Below, piece by piece: positions 49,985 through 57,761 of a stretch of 64,000 nt of DNA. Below the pieces are notes generated by a model. That model saw nothing but the letters and a program-made list of their open reading frames with translations, did no database searches and was not told the origin of the DNA. Origin of the DNA: Myxococcales bacterium (GTDB lineage Bacteria > Myxococcota > Myxococcia > Myxococcales > Myxococcaceae). The DNA is taken from assembly GCA_043755105.1 (NCBI GenBank), contig JAYUUC010000375.1:53611-117610 (forward strand), given 5' to 3'. Numbering within the stretch: the first letter of the stretch is position 1; every line of letters begins with the position of its first letter. The position numbers and the translations under genes are program-made.

Positions 49985-51388
49985 ATGGAAGCTCTTCTGC
50001 GGTCGATGGAGTCCCTGACGAAGGCGCTGGATGCCGGTGCCTCGAACGCTGCCCCCAGCACCCTGGTGCAAGGCTCGGCGCTGATGGTCGAAGACCTGTC
50101 GCCGGTCATGGAGGTCGTGACCTGGGACGACAAGGCCATCAAGCTCCAGAACCTCATCTCGGTCGACTCGACCAAGTCGCTCCTGGCGCAGTTCAACCGC
50201 CAGCTGAGCTACGGCCAGTTCGGCGGGTCCGCCCAGCTCGAGGGGTTCATCGGCCAGGAAGAGACGGACGTGTACGTCCGGATCGTGGTCCCGATGGCCT
50301 TCTACTCGCACATCCGCCGCGTGACCCTCGTGGCCAACATGGTCGAGACGAGCGACGGCAAGAAGGCTGAGGAGCGCGCGGCTGCCTCGGCGGCCAAGAA
50401 GATCGCGGCCGACATCGAGTTCGACCTCTTCCGCGGCAAGGGCGACTTCGCCGACCCGACGGGCGTGTTCAACGGCAACCCGGGCCTGATCCCGACCATG
50501 CCCAACATGCTGGGCATCGAGGCGCAGGTCCGCATGTCGGACAGCGAGTACAAGTCCAAGGACCAGATGTTCGGCGAGTTCGGCAGCGATGACTCGATCG
50601 TCATCCCCGGCGGCTCGACCCTGACCCAGGACAACGTGGAGGACGCCGCGGTGCGCTCCACCATGAACCACGGGCAGGCGGAGAAACTCCTGGTCGACCC
50701 CCGCGTGCTGAGCAACTACAACAAGATCACGCAGGCCAAGGAGCGGGTGGTCCTGGCTGGCTCGCCGATCGGCGCGACGGGCGCGGATCTCCGCAAGCAG
50801 TGGGTCAGCGGCGGCACGGTGGACGTGGAGGCCTCGCGCTTCCTGTCCGGCAAGACCCGCCCGCAGCAGGCGCGTCAGCAGGGTGGCCCGGGTGCGTTCG
50901 GCACCACCACGCTGAGCTACCCCGCGGGCAACACGGGCTTCATCGCGGGCCAGACCTACACGTACTACGTGACGGCTGGCAACCAGAACGGCGAGTCGCT
51001 CCGCAACGCCGCGGTCGTGGCGACCGTGCCCACCACGGGCTACGCCATCCAGCTGTCGGTGGTCAACCCCTCCGCGGGCACCGCGACGCTCTTCATGAAC
51101 GTGTACCGCTCGAGCGCGGGCGGCGGCCTGGCCGACGCGAAGTTCATCGGCCGTGTGGCGCTGGTCCAGGGTGGCCCGACCATCTTCATCGACCAGGGCA
51201 ACAAGCTGCCTGGCTTCGTGACGGGCTACCTGCTCCAGCTCGACACCTTCGCCATCAAGGAGCTGTCCTCGTACAGCCGCGTGAAGCTCGCCGTCACGGA
51301 GCTGGCGCAGCCGGAGGCCCACTTCCGGTTCCTGACGCTGGCGAACATGCAGCCCCGGAAGAACGTCCTGATTGACAGCCTTCGCTAG
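49985..51388 (+). CDS. major capsid protein (HK97 fold) with an inserted beta-rich domain
   Basis: 467 aa after the scaffold-like gene. The N-terminal ...LVQGSALMVEDLSPVMEVV... pattern is typical of HK97-type capsid proteins. An FN3/Ig-like stretch YTYYVTAGNQNGES...LSVVNPSAGTATLFMNVYRS is inserted. A strong hairpin lies downstream. Confidence 0.75.
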   Translation: MEALLRSMESLTKALDAGASNAAPSTLVQGSALMVEDLSPVMEVVTWDDKAIKLQNLISVDSTKSLLAQFNRQLSYGQFGGSAQLEGFIGQEETDVYVRIVVPMAFYSHIRRVTLVANMVETSDGKKAEERAAASAAKKIAADIEFDLFRGKGDFADPTGVFNGNPGLIPTMPNMLGIEAQVRMSDSEYKSKDQMFGEFGSDDSIVIPGGSTLTQDNVEDAAVRSTMNHGQAEKLLVDPRVLSNYNKITQAKERVVLAGSPIGATGADLRKQWVSGGTVDVEASRFLSGKTRPQQARQQGGPGAFGTTTLSYPAGNTGFIAGQTYTYYVTAGNQNGESLRNAAVVATVPTTGYAIQLSVVNPSAGTATLFMNVYRSSAGGGLADAKFIGRVALVQGGPTIFIDQGNKLPGFVTGYLLQLDTFAIKELSSYSRVKLAVTELAQPEAHFRFLTLANMQPRKNVLIDSLR

Positions 51389-51422
51389 TCGGCACCACCT
51401 CAGCAGCAGAACGCTGAGACCA

Positions 51423-51465
51423 GAGGCCCGGCCCCTTCCACAGGGACCGGGCCTCTTACGTTGTT
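51423..51465 (+). terminator. GC-rich hairpin after the capsid gene (terminator with a weak T tract)
   Basis: GAGGCCCGGCCCC (51423-51435) pairs with GGGACCGGGCCTC (51443-51455): 12 bp plus one mismatch, 7-nt loop. TTACGTTGTT follows. Confidence 0.4.
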
Positions 51466-51492
51466 GACCTTGTAGTTCGTCCGAGGTAGGAT
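51464..51492 (+). promoter_or_regulatory. promoter candidate TTGACC-N17-TAGGAT
   Basis: TTGACC at 51464-51469 and TAGGAT at 51487-51492, with a 17-nt spacer. It lies 24 nt upstream of the ATG at 51516. Confidence 0.45.
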
Positions 51493-51515
51493 GCAGAACC
51501 TTCCTCGGAGGACGC

Positions 51516-51944
51516 ATGTACAACAGGCTTTCTATGGTGTCGTTGCAGCTCCAGATCGCGTTGACGGAGAACGAGATTCGTCTGCTTCATAGGGCCGCCA
51601 CGGCAACCGAGTACAAGGAGTACATCGAATCCTGCTCGCGTCGACACGCCGAATCCATGCTTGGGGTACTGGTGCTCAAAAGGACGCCCCCCGAACAGAA
51701 GCACATCCCTCGCCTGTTCGTCTTCAACATCTGGCACCTGGAGGACTATATCGAGCGTGTCAAGGACTTCTTGGCGAAGAACAACGCCGTCATCAGCACC
51801 CAGGACTACAACGACCTGAAGCGCCTCGAAGGGGAGATCCGCGAGCTACATCTCAAGGCTGAGAACGCCGTCAACAAGCTCGATGCAGTGGCCAAAACCT
51901 TTGATGTACTGCCTCCTCGACAGTACCCTCCGATTGACGGTTGA
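51516..51944 (+). CDS. hypothetical protein
   Basis: 142-aa ORF with ATG start and its own promoter candidate. Confidence 0.6.
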   Translation: MYNRLSMVSLQLQIALTENEIRLLHRAATATEYKEYIESCSRRHAESMLGVLVLKRTPPEQKHIPRLFVFNIWHLEDYIERVKDFLAKNNAVISTQDYNDLKRLEGEIRELHLKAENAVNKLDAVAKTFDVLPPRQYPPIDG

Positions 51945-51969
51945 CTCTCCGTCCGAAGTCCAGTAGGCT
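51941..51969 (+). promoter_or_regulatory. promoter candidate TTGACT-N17-TAGGCT
   Basis: TTGACT at 51941-51946 (overlapping the upstream stop) and TAGGCT at 51964-51969, with a 17-nt spacer. It precedes the isolated tRNA-like element. Confidence 0.5.
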
Positions 51970-52048
51970 GCTTCTCGGTCAAGCGACCACCTGAGCATGC
52001 AAACCGTCAAGAGGGCTCGAGACCTCGACCACGGGCACCATGCGAGGG

Positions 52049-52118
52049 CAGCTGGTAGTCCAGTGGTAGCGACGGCCCCTCACCCGGGCAGACATGGGTT
52101 CGAGTCCCATCCAGAGCG
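52049..52118 (+). pseudogene. degenerate tRNA-like element (Val-CAC-like loop CUCACCC) with an eroded acceptor stem
   Basis: T arm ATGGG-TTCGAGT-CCCAT. D-like TAGTCCAGTGGTAGCGAC. Stem GCCC/GGGC closes loop CTCACCC. Only 4 of 7 acceptor pairs form (CTGG/CCAG). Confidence 0.35.
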
Positions 52119-52129
52119 GAGTTCAAAAA

Positions 52130-52160
52130 GGGCCACCCTCACGGTGGCCCTTCTCTTTTG
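52130..52160 (+). terminator. rho-independent terminator
   Basis: GGGCCACC (52130-52137) pairs with GGTGGCCC (52143-52150), 5-nt loop, followed by TTCTCTTTTG. Confidence 0.65.
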
Positions 52161-52175
52161 TGGTACTATGAGTGC

Positions 52176-52607
52176 ATGTCCAACACCATCCCCTTGAAGT
52201 ACCAGGCCTTGGCCACCGGAGGAGGCTGGACCACCCCACAGGCAGGCTCGACCTCTGGCAAGATTCGAATCCGATACCGAGGGCCGCCGAAGATCCACTG
52301 GTTCTCGGGTGGCCACCGGGCTTGCAACGCATCCAGAACCGAGAGGCTCACGACCAAAGGTGGCAACGTCACGTGCGACCGCTGTAAGCAGACCAGGCAC
52401 TACAAGGAAGTCTGCACCCAATGGTTTTTGATGAAGCAGCAGGTCGAGGAGGCGATTGGGAGGATGATGAACGACTTCAGCCCTTTGTTGCCCCCGCCTG
52501 AGGTCTGGCAGGATGCTCTGGACCCGACCATCCTCCATTACCGGCTCACTCTGCCGATTGCGCCGACGAACATCATGCCGTTCAACTACACCTTCTCGGT
52601 GCCCTGA
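52176..52607 (+). CDS. hypothetical Cys/His-motif protein (paralog of the next gene)
   Basis: ATG at 52176 inside track ORF 52158..52607. Motif IHWFSGGHRACNASRTERLTTKGGNVTCDRCKQTRHYK. Confidence 0.55.
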   Translation: MSNTIPLKYQALATGGGWTTPQAGSTSGKIRIRYRGPPKIHWFSGGHRACNASRTERLTTKGGNVTCDRCKQTRHYKEVCTQWFLMKQQVEEAIGRMMNDFSPLLPPPEVWQDALDPTILHYRLTLPIAPTNIMPFNYTFSVP

Positions 52608-52966
52608 TGGCAACTACAATCATGACCTCCCAAGGCCCGCTCGTCGTTCCTGGTCTGTATGGAGTGCCAGGCATGCTTAACGCCAAGCCTTCTCCTCGGG
52701 TTCACCTCTTCTCTGGTGCCCATCAGGCCTGTAACAAGAACCGGAACCAGCGAATGACCCAGGCATGGGGTTATGTGGATTGCCCTTCGTGTAAGAGGAC
52801 CAAACACTATCGGGCTCTCAAGGCTGAAGTTGAGCGCGAGAGGGCTCGGCATGTTGCTTGGATACGAGAGTCGGTAGCTGCTTCTCGCATGCTCTCGACC
52901 AAACCTTCTCCCGAACTGAAAGAGATGTTGGACTCCATCGTCTATGAACTTGGAAAAACGCCATGA
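52607..52966 (+). CDS. hypothetical Cys/His-motif protein (paralog of the previous gene)
   Basis: ATGA overlap with the upstream stop. Motif VHLFSGAHQACNKNRNQRMTQAWGYVDCPSCKRTKHYR. Confidence 0.6.
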   Translation: MATTIMTSQGPLVVPGLYGVPGMLNAKPSPRVHLFSGAHQACNKNRNQRMTQAWGYVDCPSCKRTKHYRALKAEVERERARHVAWIRESVAASRMLSTKPSPELKEMLDSIVYELGKTP

Positions 52967-53313
52967 AACGCGACATCATCATCTCGACCCAGGCCCAGTT
53001 GGACCAGCAGTCTCCTGAGTTGAAGGCCGCTGTGGAGGAATTGAAGGAGGTGCAGCACGCCAAGATAATGGCCGACCTTGCTCGAGCCCTTGATGCCGGT
53101 GGGGCCAATCTGAGCCCGGCTCCACTCGAACAGGGGACTCTCTTCCTGGTGGTCGAGAAGTACGACCTGAACCAGCTGGGAGAGAAGCTCTGGAAAGACG
53201 TCCAAGATGACCTTCGTGGTATCTCGAAGCATACCGATCAAGAGTCGGCCAACAAACGAGAGACCCATGAGCCAGACCGAGACGACGAAGATCCAGAAGC
53301 CCAGCTACCGTGA
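52963..53313 (+). CDS. hypothetical protein
   Basis: 116-aa ORF with ATGA overlap to the upstream gene. Confidence 0.55.
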   Translation: MKRDIIISTQAQLDQQSPELKAAVEELKEVQHAKIMADLARALDAGGANLSPAPLEQGTLFLVVEKYDLNQLGEKLWKDVQDDLRGISKHTDQESANKRETHEPDRDDEDPEAQLP

Positions 53314-53485
53314 GGGCACGAAGGTGGAGTTCAAGATGGGCCGCGCCACCAAGGTCGGCAAGATCGCCTCCTTCAGCAACGACCGCAAGCAGGCGCTGGT
53401 GACCTACAAGCAGGACGGCGTGGAGAAGCAGGCGACCCGCGCGCTGACCAACCTGCTCCCCGCCCCGAAGCCGGTGAAGGCGTAG
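53267..53485 (+). CDS. hypothetical small protein
   Basis: ATG at 53267 (MSQTETTKIQKPSYREGTKVEFKMGRATKVGKIASF...) inside track ORF 53207..53485. A terminator lies downstream. Confidence 0.5.
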   Translation: MSQTETTKIQKPSYREGTKVEFKMGRATKVGKIASFSNDRKQALVTYKQDGVEKQATRALTNLLPAPKPVKA

Positions 53486-53510
53486 TCGTAGCCGCAGCGA
53501 TTCGGGAACA

Positions 53511-53540
53511 AGCCCACCTTTCGGGGTGGGCTTTCTTTTG
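53511..53540 (+). terminator. rho-independent terminator
   Basis: AGCCCACC (53511-53518) pairs with GGTGGGCT (53525-53532), loop TTTCGG, followed by TTCTTTTG. Confidence 0.65.
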
Positions 53541-53549
53541 GGAGCAGCC

Positions 53550-53993
53550 ATGCCGGTCCTGACCAACATCAATCCCCAGATGGAGCACGAGCAGCTCGAG
53601 CGGACCAACCCGTTCAAGCTCAAGGTGATGTCCCAGCTCTTCAAGGCCTATGCGGACATGGAGGTCTTTATCGACTACCACGGGACCAGCTACTTCGCTT
53701 CGAAGACCTGCAACCCGCTCATGAGCCAGGTCGTGATCGAGACCGACGGCGACGAGGGGAAGACCAACCTCTACTTGTGGCCGCACGCCTGGGTCCACGA
53801 GGACGAATGGAACGCCATCCACGCCATGCACTCGAGTCCGCCCTGCTTCTTGCTCGGCTGGATGAATGACACTGGCACTGGAATCATGCCCAACGTCAAC
53901 CTGAAGGAACAGTTGACCGAGGCTGGAATCTCTGAAAGCATCTGGACCAAGGCTGAGGACTACCTGGCCCAGCACCGTCCGATCCACTACTGA
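53550..53993 (+). CDS. hypothetical protein
   Basis: ATG at 53550 preceded by GGGAG, inside track ORF 53526..53993. Confidence 0.55.
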   Translation: MPVLTNINPQMEHEQLERTNPFKLKVMSQLFKAYADMEVFIDYHGTSYFASKTCNPLMSQVVIETDGDEGKTNLYLWPHAWVHEDEWNAIHAMHSSPPCFLLGWMNDTGTGIMPNVNLKEQLTEAGISESIWTKAEDYLAQHRPIHY

Positions 53994-53999
53994 GGCAAC

Positions 54000-54221
54000 A
54001 TGCCTTCTATCCACTGGTGCGGTACTTGCGGTACGCAGAAGATGGAAAGCCCTCTCATCGAGCCCAAGCGAGGAGAGGAGTTCTACTGCCCTCTCTGCCA
54101 GTCGATGGAGCGCAAGGTGCCTGGCCTCGTCGACTTCCTGCACAAGGTGCTCGAGGTGGCGGCCCGCGGCCAGGAAATCTCAGCCTACAAGGCGGCTCGC
54201 GCTGGACCCAAGACCAAGTAG
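54000..54221 (+). CDS. small zinc-ribbon protein
   Basis: 73 aa. Cys motifs CGTCG ... CPLC. Confidence 0.55.
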   Translation: MPSIHWCGTCGTQKMESPLIEPKRGEEFYCPLCQSMERKVPGLVDFLHKVLEVAARGQEISAYKAARAGPKTK

Positions 54222-54252
54222 GTGCTAGGGTGCGGCCACACTGGAGTTTGAC

Positions 54253-55161
54253 ATGACGAAGATTTCTGCACGAGTGATCGAGGACTCAGCCTATCCAGGA
54301 ATGGATGCCAGGCTGACCACCCTGGTCCTCACCTATCCCCGGTTCATCCATGCAGAGCTGATGACGCACCGCGTCTTCTCTCGCAATGCGGCTTCGTCTC
54401 GGGCCATTCCAGTCTCGAAGATGCTGAAGCGCGCCGAAGAAGACCCGGCCAACCCCATCTTCTGGGGCAAGAACCAGCCTGGCATGCAGTCGTGGGAAGA
54501 GCTGGACCCGGACGAGAAGCGGCTGGTGCAGGAGGAGTGGAAGTCCCTCCAGGACAAGACCATCCTGTCGGTGGCCAAGCTGAACCGGCTCGGCTTCCAC
54601 AAGCAGTACGCCAACCGCCCCCTCGAGTGGTTCGGCTGGATCGAGACCATCCTCACCGGCACCAACTTCGACAACTTCGTGGCCCAGCGTGCCCATGGCG
54701 ACGCCCACCCCGAGTTCGGGCTGTCGCAGGAGATGAACACTGGGCTGGCCGTCGAGGTGCTCAACGCCTTGAATGCCTCCCACCCGCGCGTCCTCAATTT
54801 CGGCGAGTGGCACTTGCCCTTCCTGAAGAAGGAAGAGCGGCCCGAGTTCCGGGGCATCTCGTGGGGCCACGAAAAGTACCTGACCTACATTAAGCGGTCG
54901 GCGGCTCGCTGCTCGCGGGTCTCGTACATGAACCACGAGGGCAAGGTGACCACGGTCGAGGAGGACCTGGCCCACTACGAGAAGCTCGCCGGGGCCGTTC
55001 CGATGCACTCGAGCCCGATGGAGCACCAGGCTACCCCCTACACGGGCGAGACCCGCGGCAACTTCAAGGGCTTCCGCCAGTGGCGCTCCTACATGCCGAA
55101 CAACGTGGTCCAGGAAGACAAGCGGCTCCTCAAGTGGGGCGCGGGGCTCGTCGATGAGTGA
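54253..55161 (+). CDS. thyX: FAD-dependent thymidylate synthase ThyX
   Basis: ThyX signature ...IHAELMTHRVFSRNAASSRAIP... (RHR...S...S.R-type motif), in a 302-aa protein of typical ThyX size. Confidence 0.8.
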   Translation: MTKISARVIEDSAYPGMDARLTTLVLTYPRFIHAELMTHRVFSRNAASSRAIPVSKMLKRAEEDPANPIFWGKNQPGMQSWEELDPDEKRLVQEEWKSLQDKTILSVAKLNRLGFHKQYANRPLEWFGWIETILTGTNFDNFVAQRAHGDAHPEFGLSQEMNTGLAVEVLNALNASHPRVLNFGEWHLPFLKKEERPEFRGISWGHEKYLTYIKRSAARCSRVSYMNHEGKVTTVEEDLAHYEKLAGAVPMHSSPMEHQATPYTGETRGNFKGFRQWRSYMPNNVVQEDKRLLKWGAGLVDE

Positions 55162-55492
55162 GGAACGCTTCTTCGTGTGGCAGAAGGTCCACACCATTGA
55201 GGCTCTCCGGGCCTCCCGTACCATCCTTCCGGCCCAGGCCAACAAGGACCTGCTGGAGTGCGTCCACGACTTGCTCCTGCTCGAGGACACCGAAGGGGCC
55301 TGCCGGGTGTTGGCCATGGTGCCGATCTCCTTCCTGAGGACCAAGGAAGCGGGCACCTACATGGAAGCGGACCCCGAGTTCAAGAAGCAGGTCCACAACA
55401 TCGCCAGGCTGCTGGACGTCTACGGTTGCCTGAAGTCTCCCCCGATCGTGCTGGTGGACTTCACCGGCAAGTTCAAGATCCCGAAGGTCTGA
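55154..55492 (+). CDS. hypothetical protein
   Basis: 112-aa ORF that overlaps the thyX stop by 8 nt. Confidence 0.55.
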   Translation: MSEERFFVWQKVHTIEALRASRTILPAQANKDLLECVHDLLLLEDTEGACRVLAMVPISFLRTKEAGTYMEADPEFKKQVHNIARLLDVYGCLKSPPIVLVDFTGKFKIPKV

Positions 55493-55500
55493 GGTGTGCC

Positions 55501-55941
55501 ATGGCTGAAACCCACAACGACGAGCCCCTGAAGATCAACAACGTGCCGCTCCTCTACACCGACGAGGAAGGCCAGCGCGCCCTCAAGGCCTTCACGGGCT
55601 ACGACGTCAACCGATTTTACGCCCCTGGCCTGGTGTCGGTCATCAATGCCCAGGGCCACGTCATCGGCTTCGCCGACACCTTCGACGTGGGGGTGGGGGC
55701 TCTGGGCATCGTGGCGGCCAACATCTCCCTCCAGAAGGAGTGCCCTGAGCGCCTGGACGTCGAGAACGGCCTGGCCGACCTGGTGGCCCTGCCGCGGGTG
55801 AGCAAGGGGCTGGTGAGCGAGACGGAGCACCACCTGGACTCCCGCATGGCCGTGGGCGACGTCCTCTACACCCTCGAGTCCATTGTCTTGTCCTACTCGG
55901 GCCCCTACGACGTGCGCTGCGGCAAGCTGGCCCTCAAGTGA
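55501..55941 (+). CDS. hypothetical protein
   Basis: ATG at 55501 (MAETHNDEPLKINN...) inside track ORF 55258..55941. Confidence 0.55.
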   Translation: MAETHNDEPLKINNVPLLYTDEEGQRALKAFTGYDVNRFYAPGLVSVINAQGHVIGFADTFDVGVGALGIVAANISLQKECPERLDVENGLADLVALPRVSKGLVSETEHHLDSRMAVGDVLYTLESIVLSYSGPYDVRCGKLALK

Positions 55942-56147
55942 AGTCGCCGACCGTCCTGGACATGACGGCCGAAGAGCTGGACGACTTTTTCGGGCACTTG
56001 ACCAGCGTCACCGTGGTCGAGCTGATCGCGGCCACGTGCGCTTCCTCGGAGGGCATGGATGTAATGGTCCAGGGCCTCTTCGCTTTCGGCGCCTTCACAT
56101 TGATATGCGCCCTCCCCTTTGCCATCCTTCGGTGCTTCCTCAAATGA
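55938..56147 (+). CDS. small protein with a C-terminal hydrophobic helix
   Basis: GTGA overlap upstream and ATGA overlap downstream. C-terminus ...GLFAFGAFTLICALPFAILRCFLK. Confidence 0.45.
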   Translation: MKSPTVLDMTAEELDDFFGHLTSVTVVELIAATCASSEGMDVMVQGLFAFGAFTLICALPFAILRCFLK

Positions 56148-56707
56148 CCCTCTTCTCAGCCGACCAGTTCTTCTGGCATCTCGTGGGAGACTACACCATC
56201 CAGTCCGACTGGATGGCCCAGCGCAAGACCAAGGAGTGGGTGCCCGCCATCGCCCACGCCTTCACCTACGCCTTCTTCTTCACCTTCTTGACCTGGTCGC
56301 CCGCGGCCCTCTTCTTCATCTTCTTCAGTCACCTGATCATCGACCACTACCGGCTGGCTCGGTATGTGTGCTTCGCCAAGAACTACCTTTTTGGCCCCCG
56401 TTACAGCTACGATGAGGGGGACGGCGAGGACCGTTCGGCCACAGTTACCATCAACCACTCTGGTGACTACGAAATGGTGGAGGTGGGCGGCTTCATCACG
56501 CTCGATGAAGGGCGGCACGTGGTGACCGGGAAGGAATACCCCAAGATCTTCATGAAGCCCATTTTGACATGGTGGATGCCATGGTCGGAGTGCGACAAGA
56601 GCGGCTACCACAAGTCGCGGCCGGACTGGCTGGCCTACTGGTTGCTGTTCATCTGCGACAACACCCTCCACCTTCTCTGCAACGCCCTGGCGCTGCACTT
56701 CCTCTGA
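56144..56707 (+). CDS. integral membrane protein
   Basis: ATG at 56144 inside track ORF 55883..56707. Hydrophobic helices AIAHAFTYAFFFTFLTW, ALFFIFFSHLIIDH and WLAYWLLFICDNTLHLLC. Confidence 0.55.
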   Translation: MTLFSADQFFWHLVGDYTIQSDWMAQRKTKEWVPAIAHAFTYAFFFTFLTWSPAALFFIFFSHLIIDHYRLARYVCFAKNYLFGPRYSYDEGDGEDRSATVTINHSGDYEMVEVGGFITLDEGRHVVTGKEYPKIFMKPILTWWMPWSECDKSGYHKSRPDWLAYWLLFICDNTLHLLCNALALHFL

Positions 56708-56714
56708 GGTAGAC

Positions 56715-57314
56715 ATGAGCAAGAAGATCATCGCCGTGGACATGGATGGCATCCTGGTCGACCTGTTGGGCAAGTGGCTCGGCTCCATCAACCGGGAGCA
56801 CGGGCTGAACGTGAAATCCGAGGACATCGACGACTGGGAGATGGGCAACTGCGTCAAGCTCAAGCCCCTGGGCAAGAAGGTCTACGAGTACCTGGAGCGG
56901 CCCGGCTTCTTCTTCGACGACGTGCAGCCCATCCCGGGCGCGATCGAGGGCTTCAACGCCCTGCGCAAGCTGCCCGACTCCCACGTCATCATCGTGACGT
57001 CGGCCACCTCGAAGGAGCACCCGGTGGTCGGCAAGCTCCACTGGCTGAAGAAGTTCCTCCCGGACTTCTCCCAGAAGGACGTGATCTTCGCCTACCACAA
57101 GCACCTTATCAAGGCTGATGTCTGGATTGACGACTCAGACAACAACCACAAGAGCATCATGGAGCAGTGGACCAACGCCGACCACTACGGCATCCAGTAC
57201 GCCTACAATGGCAAGATGACCGAGTACAACAAGGGCTGCGTGCGCTACTTCAAGAACGATGGGACGGCCTGGGAGAAGATCGTAGCCCATGTCTCCTACA
57301 ACCTGCACCTCTAA
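56715..57314 (+). CDS. 5'(3')-deoxyribonucleotidase (HAD superfamily, NT5C-like)
   Basis: N-terminal IAVDMDGILVD (DxDG motif), VIIVTSAT and WIDDSDNN, in a 199-aa protein as in NT5C-family enzymes. Confidence 0.75.
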   Translation: MSKKIIAVDMDGILVDLLGKWLGSINREHGLNVKSEDIDDWEMGNCVKLKPLGKKVYEYLERPGFFFDDVQPIPGAIEGFNALRKLPDSHVIIVTSATSKEHPVVGKLHWLKKFLPDFSQKDVIFAYHKHLIKADVWIDDSDNNHKSIMEQWTNADHYGIQYAYNGKMTEYNKGCVRYFKNDGTAWEKIVAHVSYNLHL

Positions 57315-57350
57315 GGTCTAGTCGGGCAATCTTTCCGAGCGGAGGTAGTC

Positions 57351-57761
57351 ATGCTTCTCTCTGCTCGGGTTTTGGATGCTGTAGGCAACGTCAACATCTT
57401 CACGGTCGTCCAGTCCCTCGAGATCACCGCGGGGGACTCGGGGACGTTGTACTTGCAGCTGATCGACAGCAGCCTGGACGGCAACGCGCTCCAGTTCAAT
57501 CCGCCCGGCCGTCGGTACGTCCCAGCTGCTGGAGCCACCCTCACGGTGGTCTTCAACGCCCTGGACGACGCCCGGAAGGTCACTCGAGCGGCTTCCCAGC
57601 CCTTCCCGGGTGACGGGTCGATTTGGACCGTGCCCTTCCTGGCTGGAGATGCCCTCTCGGGGCTGGTGGACGTGCTGCTCACGCTCACTGAGGGAGTCAA
57701 GGTCACCACGGGCCGTGTGCAGAAGGCCATCTTCGCCGATTCCGGCCAGGTGCTCTGCTAA
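57351..57761 (+). CDS. hypothetical beta-rich protein
   Basis: 136-aa ORF. ATGA-type overlap with the next gene. Confidence 0.55.
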   Translation: MLLSARVLDAVGNVNIFTVVQSLEITAGDSGTLYLQLIDSSLDGNALQFNPPGRRYVPAAGATLTVVFNALDDARKVTRAASQPFPGDGSIWTVPFLAGDALSGLVDVLLTLTEGVKVTTGRVQKAIFADSGQVLC

